From positions 1-15,116 of the forward strand of contig JBNKUM010000099.1 in assembly GCA_050298595.1 (NCBI GenBank): a stretch of 15,116 nucleotides of DNA, written 5' to 3'. Shown piece after piece: positions 1 through 8,083 of the stretch. Position 1 is the first letter of the stretch, and the number at the start of each line of letters is the position of its first letter. Made by a program: the position numbers and the translations under genes. The notes under the pieces were generated by a model, which was given only the letters and a program-made list of their open reading frames with translations, had not been told where the DNA came from and searched no databases. Source of the DNA: Gammaproteobacteria bacterium (lineage in GTDB: Bacteria; Pseudomonadota; Gammaproteobacteria; GCA-001735895).

Positions 1-55
1 TTGTAATGATAACGTGACAAGACCATTATTCATGGCTTTTTAAGGAGTGACACTT

Positions 56-1032
56 ATGGGGTAATCTATCTCAATCTCAGAATCCACGTTTAGTTGATCA
101 AATTCGCCTGGTCTGCCGGCAAAGGCATCTCAGTATAAAAATACCTTACCTGGATACGACAATTTGTCCGTTTTCACGACTTGAAGCACCCCAGAGACCT
201 GGGACAGGTCGAAATTGAAGCCTATCTAAACCACCTGGCCTCGAAACGTCGGGTATCTGCCAGCACTCAGTCTTCCGCATTGAATGCTATTGCCTTTCTA
301 TATAGGGAAGTTCTGTCGATGGAAATGCCCAAACTGGATCGGTTCCAGAAAATCAAGCGTTACCAGAGTATACCCGTGGTGATGTCTGTTAGCGAAGTTC
401 AGGCTTGTTTGCGAGAGATGAGTGGAACTACCCGCCTAATGACAGAACTGATATATGGATCTGGGATGCGAATTGGAGAATGTGTAACCTTAAGGGTCAA
501 ATATATTGATTTTGATCACCGATCGATTACGGTACGTGCAGCCAAGGGTAATAAAGACCGGGTTACCTTGCTTCCTGAAGCCGTAATCACTACTCTGGAA
601 CAACACTTGGTCAGGGTATCTGAACTCTATCTTGATGATCGAATGAAGGGCAATGGTTATGCACCGATGCCAAATGCTCTTTACAAAAAATATCCTTCCG
701 CATCTCGAGAAATTGGCTGGCAATTTGTTTTCCCATCCAGTGTGGTTCGACCCTGGCGTGAGTCTGGTCATCAGGCTCGATGGCATTGTTGACCCTGCAC
801 ATTGAGACGTGCTTTTAATCATGCTGTCAGAGTTGCTGGTATCCACAAACATGTTGGAGTGCATACACTCCGTTACAGCTTTGCCAGTCACTTATTAGAA
901 GCAGGTACTGATATTAGGTCTATTCAACAGCTTCTAGGGCACAGTCACTTACAAACAACCATGATTTATACGCATGTAAAACCTGATCATAAGAATGTCA
1001 GCAGTCCACTGGATCGGATAAAGACCGATTAA
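56..1032 (+). pseudogene. intI: Integron integrase (tyrosine recombinase) pseudogene
   Basis: RBS AAGGAG (42-47), then ATG56-GGG-TAA. Frame 60-140 reads GNLSQSQNPRLVDQIRLVCRQRHLSIK; frame 142-789 reads YLTWIRQFVRFH...GSGMRIGE...AKGNKDR...ALYKKYPSASREIGWQFVFPS (integron-integrase-specific insert). After an in-frame TGA (790-792) the same frame continues [10 protein letters not shown]...LGH...TTMIYTH. Two frameshifts plus one nonsense codon. Confidence 0.92.
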
Positions 1033-1300
1033 TTTGGAATTTAACTTGGACTAAACCAAGGAAGGTTAGTGACCGGCTATGGCGCATTCTTGCTTATTGC
1101 GCTGCACAATAGAATGTCTGCTTTCAATCCGGATATGAACAACTTTTCTAGCCTGCCAGAAGGCAGCTAGACTTAAATAACTTATGGTTTCCATGCATTT
1201 GATTTCATGACTCAATAGTCTATGACCAGTACGTGCTCGAGCCTGTTTCAACGGCATGATATAAAACGTAAGACTCTTAGCGCAGTGTAAACATATCAAT

Positions 1301-1879
1301 TTAAAATTTATTGATTTGTGCTGTCCGGTGATGAGGCAGTTTTCTATGTTTGGAAGGCGCTACACCATTAAAGGCTGTGCGTAAAATCTGCAGCATATCT
1401 CCATGAGAAACCAGTAAAATCGATTTATCACTGTACTCCTTTTCAAGCTGTTTTATAACATCCAACCCGCGTTGTAAAACTTTTTCAACAGGCTCTACGT
1501 TTTTATCATTACTTGGCTCAGGTTTTATATCGTTATTCCAGACATCCTGAAAATGAGTATCAGACTGGCCATCCCATTCTCCAAACCATCTTTCTCGTAA
1601 ATCAGATTTTATTACTGGTGCAGGTAAATTACACCATTCAGCAACAATCTCAGCAGTCTGCCTGGCTCTGAGAAAATCTGAAGTGATAATGACATCGAAT
1701 TCAATTTCAGAAAAATCCTTAATATAAGAAAAAACCTGTTTTTTACCGTTTTCAGTTAAACCAAAAGCATGGCATCCCTGTTCAGGATTGCTCACTATTA
1801 AACCTGCAACATTGGCTTCGCTCTCGCCATGTCGCATAAAGTAATAACTGTTTATAAGGTTCAGCAGCGATAGGTTCAA
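1301..1879 (-). CDS. Histidine phosphatase family (phosphoglycerate mutase-like) protein
   Basis: Motifs MRHGESEAN, SDFLRARQTA, LRERWFGEWDG and LVSHGD. TTG start is uncertain. Confidence 0.9.
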   Translation of the reverse strand: MNLSLLNLINSYYFMRHGESEANVAGLIVSNPEQGCHAFGLTENGKKQVFSYIKDFSEIEFDVIITSDFLRARQTAEIVAEWCNLPAPVIKSDLRERWFGEWDGQSDTHFQDVWNNDIKPEPSNDKNVEPVEKVLQRGLDVIKQLEKEYSDKSILLVSHGDMLQILRTAFNGVAPSKHRKLPHHRTAQINKF

Positions 1880-1988
1880 GTTAAAATACCTTGCACAATG
1901 TTGCGTTTATTTCAATCCTTGTTGAATTTCAGGCATAAATATGCGGATTTCTGAAAGTGTGGAAAATAGCTTTTTATTTTTTCCGAAG

Positions 1989-2444
1989 CTACAGCTTGTG
2001 AGGCGATAAGGATGATTTCATTAGCGCATTGCTTAGTGGTATAGCCAAAAAAAATTTTCCGCCTTTTAGATTTTTGTTGGGAGAGTTAATTATTTTACTG
2101 TAGTTAACACTTCTTATTTCTAGATTCGGGTAGGTTATTTTTAAAATAATTAATTCGTAACCCCCTTTTGAATCAGGTATTTCCGATACATTAATATAGC
2201 GGAACTCTATATTAGTAGAATCAGCAACTATGGATTGTTCAAAGGTCTCTGACAGGTAATGAAAGTCTGGCTTTTGTTTTGAGAAATATTGAGTGAGTTT
2301 GTAGTCACTCCAGTTTTTTGATATTTGTTGGGTGTAATCAGCAATGATATTTCCTATCAGGTTTGGTGGTGTTTGAGCTTGTGCAGCAAGGGTGTGGGTA
2401 ACCAAGGTTAGGTAAAATAAGAAATATATGATTGTTGATTTCAT
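1989..2444 (-). CDS. Hypothetical exported protein
   Basis: 151-aa ORF with a signal-peptide-like N-terminus (MKSTIIYFLFYLTLVTHTLAAQA); AT-rich; no family recognised. Confidence 0.6.
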   Translation of the reverse strand: MKSTIIYFLFYLTLVTHTLAAQAQTPPNLIGNIIADYTQQISKNWSDYKLTQYFSKQKPDFHYLSETFEQSIVADSTNIEFRYINVSEIPDSKGGYELIILKITYPNLEIRSVNYSKIINSPNKNLKGGKFFLAIPLSNALMKSSLSPHKL

Positions 2445-2514
2445 TTATTGATAGCTCTAGATATCATGAACTACAGTATAAAAACATTAGTTATAACTCG
2501 CTACAATTCCTGAG

Positions 2515-2795
2515 CTAGCGTTCGATAGCACGAATTCCAGCTTCTATTCGTGCTCTCGCCGCACTATTTGCACTATGCACTCGAATTTCAGGTGGCTTGA
2601 AACCTAGAGTAGCAACGGCCTCTTCTACCCAGACTACAACATCGTAACCAGTACCTCTTTCGTCATCCCCTAAATCTGATCTAGACTAATAATTTCAACG
2701 TTACCAGTTTTTAGATATTCTATGACTTCATCAGGCCAATAAGCATGTATCCACCCATTAGGTGTTGGCCTTAAATCATCTAAATAAATTTTCAT
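2515..2795 (-). pseudogene. Cyclic-phosphate-processing receiver-domain (cREC-like) protein, frameshifted
   Basis: AGGA RBS and ATG at 2795: MKIYLDDLRPTPNGWIHAYWPDEVIEYLKTGNVEIISLD. A 1-nt deletion near 2677 (GATCA-GATTTA, expected DHDL) shifts the frame, which continues DLGDDERGTGYDVVVWVEEAVATLGFKPPEIRVHSANSAARARIEAGIRAIER* (TAG 2517-2515). LDD.R, SLDHDLG and HSAN motifs match the family. Not in the ORF track. Confidence 0.85.
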
Positions 2796-2890
2796 GAGTC
2801 AATCCTATAAAGTGATATGGTTTTTGATCCATCGGCTAAAATCTTTTACTGACGTTGTATTCTCTGCAATACAAATCATCTTTCAAATTA

Positions 2891-3484
2891 CTAGTCCATG
2901 ATTTTGTCTACAGGATTCCCAGGTAACTTTACAGCTCTAACGATAAATCCTAATCGAGATTTTTTTAGATAAGCTTTTGTCTTGATCTTTTTATCGGGTA
3001 ATTGTTCATATTGAGCTTTAGAAATGCATTCGTAAAAAAATATTGGATTATTAGGCGCCAATTCTAAACGGTAGTCACATGACCTCCGAGAGCCGTGTCT
3101 ATCTTTAATTACCCAAACCTGTTCGAAGGAGTTATTTCCAAATAACAAAGTGAATAAGCATGGAAACGATATGGCGGTGTTTATCCAAAATAAACCAAAA
3201 AAGGCAATGGGTATAGCAGGTATTGTAATGGCTTTCTTGGGTTTGGAAAATTCATACCAAGCTGGAGAAGGTCTCCATAATTTATTTGAATACCAGTATG
3301 CAATGATAGAAATCAATAATATTGTGAGGATGATTGAAATATAGGTGGCCAATTTTGACACATTTGGCTGAGGGACAAAATTATGTGTAAGCATTAAAAC
3401 TATTGGACCAATAGTGGCCAAAGTTATTATTACAGCCAGTATTTTTTGAGTTTTTGTTGAACCTTCTTTCCAAAAGAGTTCCAT
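2891..3484 (-). CDS. Hypothetical membrane protein
   Basis: 197-aa ORF with about 3 hydrophobic helices and a C-terminal soluble part containing two Cys; no family recognised. Confidence 0.7.
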   Translation of the reverse strand: MELFWKEGSTKTQKILAVIITLATIGPIVLMLTHNFVPQPNVSKLATYISIILTILLISIIAYWYSNKLWRPSPAWYEFSKPKKAITIPAIPIAFFGLFWINTAISFPCLFTLLFGNNSFEQVWVIKDRHGSRRSCDYRLELAPNNPIFFYECISKAQYEQLPDKKIKTKAYLKKSRLGFIVRAVKLPGNPVDKIMD

Positions 3485-3660
3485 TTATTTTTCCCTGACG
3501 ATAGCTTTAAGAAAAGTATGGATATTAATAAGTATCAGAATTTGATGTTAAAACGTATGTATTCAAACTTTATGATAACCGCGCTATGTTCAGTCAGTAA
3601 ACCCTACGCTAGTCAATTTATAATGTGTTTGTTAGTTTTGAGTAATATGTCTTTTAACCG

Positions 3661-3950
3661 CCCTTATGGTGTGCCGAAAATAAGCTGATTTTGTGAGGAT
3701 AGAGGGCACGACTGCATGGAAGCAGGAGGTAGGGTAACGCAGGAACAGTTACCGAGGAATGCCCGATAAGGATCGTTGAGCTGGAGCGAATCGATCCGTG
3801 CCTTTATTGCCAAGGATGGCTTGTATGCAGAAAATGCAGGACGCCTAAAGGGACTTAGGTGATAGGGCGAAGCACGACTCCAGGGAGGGAGGAGGTAGGT
3901 CGAAGTAGGATGCCAGAGCCGAGCAATTCACAGTGAAAGGGGGGCGCACG
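3661..3950. repeat. Degenerate GC-rich REP/MITE-like region with two related ~51-bp units
   Basis: Units 3706-3756 and 3872-3923 both start GCACGACT, match at 24 of the first 28 nt and end CCGAG. The right half of unit 2 recurs inverted at 15091-15113 (21/23). Outer limits approximate. Confidence 0.65.
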
Positions 3951-4209
3951 TGTACTCGTCAGACACGATGAAGCAAGAAATGCAAAAGCAAGTGAAACTA
4001 AACTCACGATAATAAATAGTCACGATATCATCGATATAAAATTAGCTATGCCCGATTACTGAAAAGAATTCCTCCACCCATAGCAATAAAAAGCCCCCCA
4101 GTTATCTAGGTTAAAGTGTATCTTTTTGGGACACCCACTTTTTGAAGATTGACACTACTATAGATCAACGGTAACGTAAAATCCATTGACTCAACGTAAC
4201 GAGCTCATC

Positions 4210-4269
4210 ATGCCGAAAGCTAGGAAGACTCGGGTTTCTCTCGAGGCCACCCTTTATTACATTCTTTAA
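4210..4269 (+). pseudogene. N-terminal stub of a Y1/HUH (IS200/RAYT-like) transposase
   Basis: ATG4210 MPKARKTRVSLEATLYY(IL*) resembles the MP..RK..ISL..TPYYH start of long Y1 transposases; GGACACCCA lies upstream at 4129-4137. Confidence 0.6.
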
Positions 4270-4483
4270 AGACACCTACAATCTTTATAGACCCAGCGAT
4301 TGAAAAGGAAATTAAACTTCAGCTATTCAGTTATGGCTACAGTTAAATGAAGGGATATTAAGTCAAAAACAGGTTTTGTTTAACCTTAAATGGGTATTTT
4401 TCTTCGGCTGGTTTCAAAGGACAAAATGATGTTGCAACCTGTGATATTAGGTTGGTACTTGAAAGAGTTTTCAGAGGAGGAGG

Positions 4484-4706
4484 TTATGTGTCAGGAAAAA
4501 CTTCAGCACAGAGCTTCACGCCGTGCACCCAGTTCTTTCCCATTTGTTCGCAAGCTTGTCTGATTTTATACGAGCTACCAACAAGTGATTTAAACGGGCT
4601 TTCAAAGTCTTTTGTCAGGTAAACCCAGTGCCTGGGATCAATATTGAGTCAGGTCAGTATGTCTGGCAGATGGCCAGGAATGAATCCACCAGCTCAAGGT
4701 AATGGG
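4484..4706 (-). pseudogene. C-terminal fragment of a Y1/HUH (IS200/RAYT-like) transposase
   Basis: HYLELVD, then a frameshift to GFIPGHLPDILT*LNIDPRHWVYLTKDFESPFKSLVGSSYKIRQACEQMGKNWVHGVKLCAEVFPDT* (TAA 4486-4484). Bounded by TGGGTGTCC (4714-4722) and AGACACCTAC (4270-4279). Confidence 0.7.
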
Positions 4707-4796
4707 TAATGTCTGGGTGTCCATGTTTACTTAAATCAAATATTCTAGTCCTCAAACAGGGTATTTTTTATCTGGCGGTAAATATAATCCATTGTA

Positions 4797-5513
4797 TTAC
4801 GATAATTCAGGGAAGTGTCCCTGTTTCATATAAAGATGGGCACCATCTACAGTGGAAAGCTTAAGCCTGGATCCTGCCGGGTAGCGTAACCAGCAACCAT
4901 CTGAATATTGATTATTGCCATCTGACAATGATCCCTGATAAATAAATATTTCCACACCATCTGGGTAACATTTAAGATCCATCCAGCAATTGGGATTGAT
5001 TCTGAACAATGTAACTGTTTCATTCTGAAAGTGGTGCAAGTCCAGCATTGAAACACCAGGCTCTTTAGAAGACTTCCATCGGCAGCTATAGTGTCTACTT
5101 CTTAACACCAGTTGCTTGTCATCATGTGCCTGAAACTGACCTAGCTTAACCAGTATCTGACAGCCCTCATGAGTAAATGGCGCATGAAAACTGCCGGGCG
5201 GATTACGAATATAACAGCCTTCTTCATAGTCGCCTGTCTCGTCTGAAAAGACACCAGACAGCACCAGGAATTCTTCGCCCCCTGAATGAGTATGCTGTTT
5301 AAAAGAGCTTCCTGCTTCAAATTGAACCAGAGTGGTAATTCGAGGCTGAGAAAAAGAAACCAGCTCCAGCCTTTTGCGCAGTACTCCAGACGCAGGGGAT
5401 GGCTGCCAGTTAATAGCCCTGGTGTTGACCATCGCAGGCACTGAAAAATCAGCATTCAGGTCTTCATCCTGATCATCATTTTTAAAGGCAGCGGTATTGG
5501 TAAATGATTCCAT
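4797..5513 (-). CDS. ChrR-like tandem cupin-domain protein
   Basis: LNADFS...WQPSPASGVLRKRLE...HTHSGGEEFLVLSGVFSDETGDY..G.YIRNPPGSFHAP, followed by a second degenerate cupin. Starts 4 nt after the SCO stop. Confidence 0.85.
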   Translation of the reverse strand: MESFTNTAAFKNDDQDEDLNADFSVPAMVNTRAINWQPSPASGVLRKRLELVSFSQPRITTLVQFEAGSSFKQHTHSGGEEFLVLSGVFSDETGDYEEGCYIRNPPGSFHAPFTHEGCQILVKLGQFQAHDDKQLVLRSRHYSCRWKSSKEPGVSMLDLHHFQNETVTLFRINPNCWMDLKCYPDGVEIFIYQGSLSDGNNQYSDGCWLRYPAGSRLKLSTVDGAHLYMKQGHFPELS

Positions 5514-5517
5514 TGGG

Positions 5518-6090
5518 CTATTTATTTTTTAGTAACCTTTTTACCACATTGATGATATGAGCTGCCCCCATACCAAAAGGCACAATCGTATTGAGTTCTC
5601 CCTGCTGATCAATAACATAAAGATGGCTTGAGTGATCGACAGAAACATGCTGCTTATCATCTCGTGATATTTCATATTTTGCCTGGTATAGCCTTGCAAC
5701 CTGATCAATTTGATCACGGCTTCCGGTCAGGCCGAGAAGATGAGTAGAAAAATATCGGGTATATTCTTTCAACCGCTCTGGACTATCCCTTTCTGGATCC
5801 ACGCTAATAAATAAAGCTTGAACCCGACTATCGTCAGAGTCAAAATTTCTTAGCACCCTCGCCAGAGTCCCTAACATGGCTGGGCAGACATCAGGACAGG
5901 AAGTATAACCAAAAAATAGCAAAACAACTTTTCCTCGCAGTTGCTGTAGCTGAAACTCATTTTTATCCTGATCCATTAAGCTGAAGTCCCCGCCAGGCTT
6001 ATTGGCAGCCAGAGATATTTCATTCACAAGAAACATCAGGAGTATCGCAGCAATAGCGGCTTTGGACCCTTTAAAAAACATTAGCTTCAT
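5518..6090 (-). CDS. SCO1/SenC family copper chaperone
   Basis: FFGYTSCPDVCP (CxxxC), ISVDPERD, VDHSS His ligand and a signal peptide. ATGA overlap with the upstream gene. Confidence 0.95.
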   Translation of the reverse strand: MKLMFFKGSKAAIAAILLMFLVNEISLAANKPGGDFSLMDQDKNEFQLQQLRGKVVLLFFGYTSCPDVCPAMLGTLARVLRNFDSDDSRVQALFISVDPERDSPERLKEYTRYFSTHLLGLTGSRDQIDQVARLYQAKYEISRDDKQHVSVDHSSHLYVIDQQGELNTIVPFGMGAAHIINVVKRLLKNK

Positions 6091-8033
6091 TGCAGTGTCT
6101 GCCTCTCAACACCAATGTCTCCTATAGGTGCTGCAAAGGCATCCCCTACCAGTTGTTCGACATTGCTACCTGTTAACGAGCGTAGGAAATTCACCAGGTC
6201 CTGTTTTTCTTCATTATTTAAACCCAGAGGTCTGATCCGCTTATCCAGCAGTGAATGCTTCACTCCTCCATCATTATAATAATTCACTACCTGCATCAGG
6301 CTGGTTAAAGATCCGTTATGCATATAGGGTGCGGTCAATGAAATGTTGCGCAAGCTGGGCGTTTTGTATTTCCATCGATGTGCAGGATTTTCAGTGACTT
6401 CATATTGCCCCACATCCCCCGGCTTTGGGGCGGATACTGAATTGACTCGGTCGCTATCTACTTTAACGAAAACGCCTGGCGCCAGCTGAACAGTTAAGGG
6501 CTCATTATCTACAGCCATTGATTGCAGATAACCAATTCCCGTATTGTGTAACTGGTTATCCATGAATAAGGCATAGGACTCATTTATCTGATGACAGCTC
6601 ACACACCCAGCCTTAGTCGTAAATATTCGATAGCCTCGTATGGCTGATTTACTCAAGGCATCAGGAATATTGCCATAAAACCAGCGGTCAAATGCCGAAT
6701 CTGCTGAAAGCAGTGTTCTTTCGTATGAAGCCAGTGCATCCCCTAACGTCTGCATTGACACCTTTTTTCCGTCAAAAGCCTTTTCAAACAACCCCTGATA
6801 ATCATCCAGCTTTGAAATTTTATGCAGCACACTCCCCACCGACGGATTACCCATTTCATTTTTTGCCAGCAAAGGTCCCCATATCTGTTGCTCCAGATTA
6901 TATTCACGACCATCATGAAATAATCTTTCGGCGTAGGCGACATTAAAAATGGTGGGGCTATTGCGTCTTACCGTTCTTCCTTCAATACCCACTGCAGTCT
7001 GTAATTCATTACTGGTAAAACCCTGTTCAGGCACATGACACATGGCACAGGAAAATGTGTCATTGAGCGACATTCTACGGTCATAAAACAGTTTTCTACC
7101 GAGGGCAACCTTTGCCTGAGTCAGCGAATTTTCTAACGCTTCACTGATAGCAGGTAGACCCAGAGGTGGATTTTTTGCAATAGATAAAAGGTCAACGGGT
7201 TCACCTGATCTAGCCGCTATAGCTCTTGCCCGAGTCAGATAGTCACTGCTTTCGTATCCAGATTTATCATCACCTGGCCCCAATCGAGATGAACTTTCAC
7301 TCACTGCTACATCTGTATTGACAGACCCATTCTGCTGCTGGATTAGTGTTTTTACATCATTGATCAACAGGTCTTTATGTAGAAAGGCGACGCTATAGAT
7401 ATTCCTGATTTTGTTCTCCGGATCAATCAGGAAAACCCGCAAAAGATGTGAATATCTTTGCTGCTTATTATCCAGACTGTATTCTCGTTGTATATCCTGT
7501 CCATAGGCTTTAAGAATGGGGTTGAGGCTTTCAACTGAATCCGTTGATATAAAGTCCCATTCTCCGCGGCTACCCGAATACCTGAAATTGTTTGCATACA
7601 GCTTAAGTACTTCAGCCGTATCATATTCAGGATCAAAGCTCAGGCTCACCAGTTTTAACTTTTCAGCTAACTCCGTATCCTTTTGCATGTGTGCCTTTAT
7701 CTGCGCTAAAACATGCGCGCTGAGCGGACAACCGTTTACATCATCACAACGGCTGTACATGAAAGAAAGTAACACATATTTGCCATCAAAGATTTTATGC
7801 AGGGAGGTTTCCTGCCCCTGATCATTGATTACCTTTGCATCAGCTGCTGTTCCTAACGGCGGTAGTTTATAACTACCCACATCGGGGAGAGGGTATGACA
7901 GCTCACCGTAACCGAGAGCATAACTGAGGTCAGCAGTACTGATTCCGGCATAGCTTATCAGCAACATAAATGCTGCAATCCGCAATTGCGGACGAAGTGA
8001 AATACACATGGGCATTTTAAGCTTCCTATGCAT
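6087..8033 (-). CDS. mauG: SCO/SenC domain fused to a MauG-like di-heme cytochrome c peroxidase
   Basis: N-terminal SCO fold (SFMYSRCDDVNGCP, SLSFDPEYDT, YSHLLRVFLID). C-terminal LGRKLFYDRRMS, CAMCH, RNSPT, CVSCH, YKTPSLRNISLTAPYMHNGS. The true start is probably ATG 8015 (AGGAA 7 nt upstream). Confidence 0.9.
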   Translation of the reverse strand: MHRKLKMPMCISLRPQLRIAAFMLLISYAGISTADLSYALGYGELSYPLPDVGSYKLPPLGTAADAKVINDQGQETSLHKIFDGKYVLLSFMYSRCDDVNGCPLSAHVLAQIKAHMQKDTELAEKLKLVSLSFDPEYDTAEVLKLYANNFRYSGSRGEWDFISTDSVESLNPILKAYGQDIQREYSLDNKQQRYSHLLRVFLIDPENKIRNIYSVAFLHKDLLINDVKTLIQQQNGSVNTDVAVSESSSRLGPGDDKSGYESSDYLTRARAIAARSGEPVDLLSIAKNPPLGLPAISEALENSLTQAKVALGRKLFYDRRMSLNDTFSCAMCHVPEQGFTSNELQTAVGIEGRTVRRNSPTIFNVAYAERLFHDGREYNLEQQIWGPLLAKNEMGNPSVGSVLHKISKLDDYQGLFEKAFDGKKVSMQTLGDALASYERTLLSADSAFDRWFYGNIPDALSKSAIRGYRIFTTKAGCVSCHQINESYALFMDNQLHNTGIGYLQSMAVDNEPLTVQLAPGVFVKVDSDRVNSVSAPKPGDVGQYEVTENPAHRWKYKTPSLRNISLTAPYMHNGSLTSLMQVVNYYNDGGVKHSLLDKRIRPLGLNNEEKQDLVNFLRSLTGSNVEQLVGDAFAAPIGDIGVERQTLQ

Positions 8034-8074
8034 CCAGGGGCACTTCTGACAATGTATCAGCAGTGCCCTGGATG
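8031..8074. other. Intergenic stem-loop between mtoX and the SCO-MauG gene
   Basis: CATCCAGGGGCACTTCTGA-caatgta-TCAGCAGTGCCCTGGATG; long imperfect inverted repeat 9 nt past the mtoX stop, with no clear U-tract on the minus strand. Confidence 0.7.
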
Positions 8075-8083
8075 ATTGAAAGA

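Noticed and set aside
790-792. In-frame TGA in intI as selenocysteine or readthrough, given the nearby 'selenium-binding' gene
   Set aside because: The gene has two other frameshifts, no convincing SECIS follows, and the SBP56/MTO gene here has no Sec codon.
1040-1071. attC-like ATTTAAC...GTTAGTG after intI
   Set aside because: Only about 32 bp, too short for attC and without L boxes; at most a small CTTGG/CCAAG hairpin.
1066-1299. 77-aa minus-strand ORF
   Set aside because: No RBS or recognisable motifs; probably spurious.
3573-3637. Possible attC (GATAAC...GTTAGTT) upstream of the membrane protein gene
   Set aside because: Core sites deviate from RYYYAAC/GTTRRRY and the arms do not pair.
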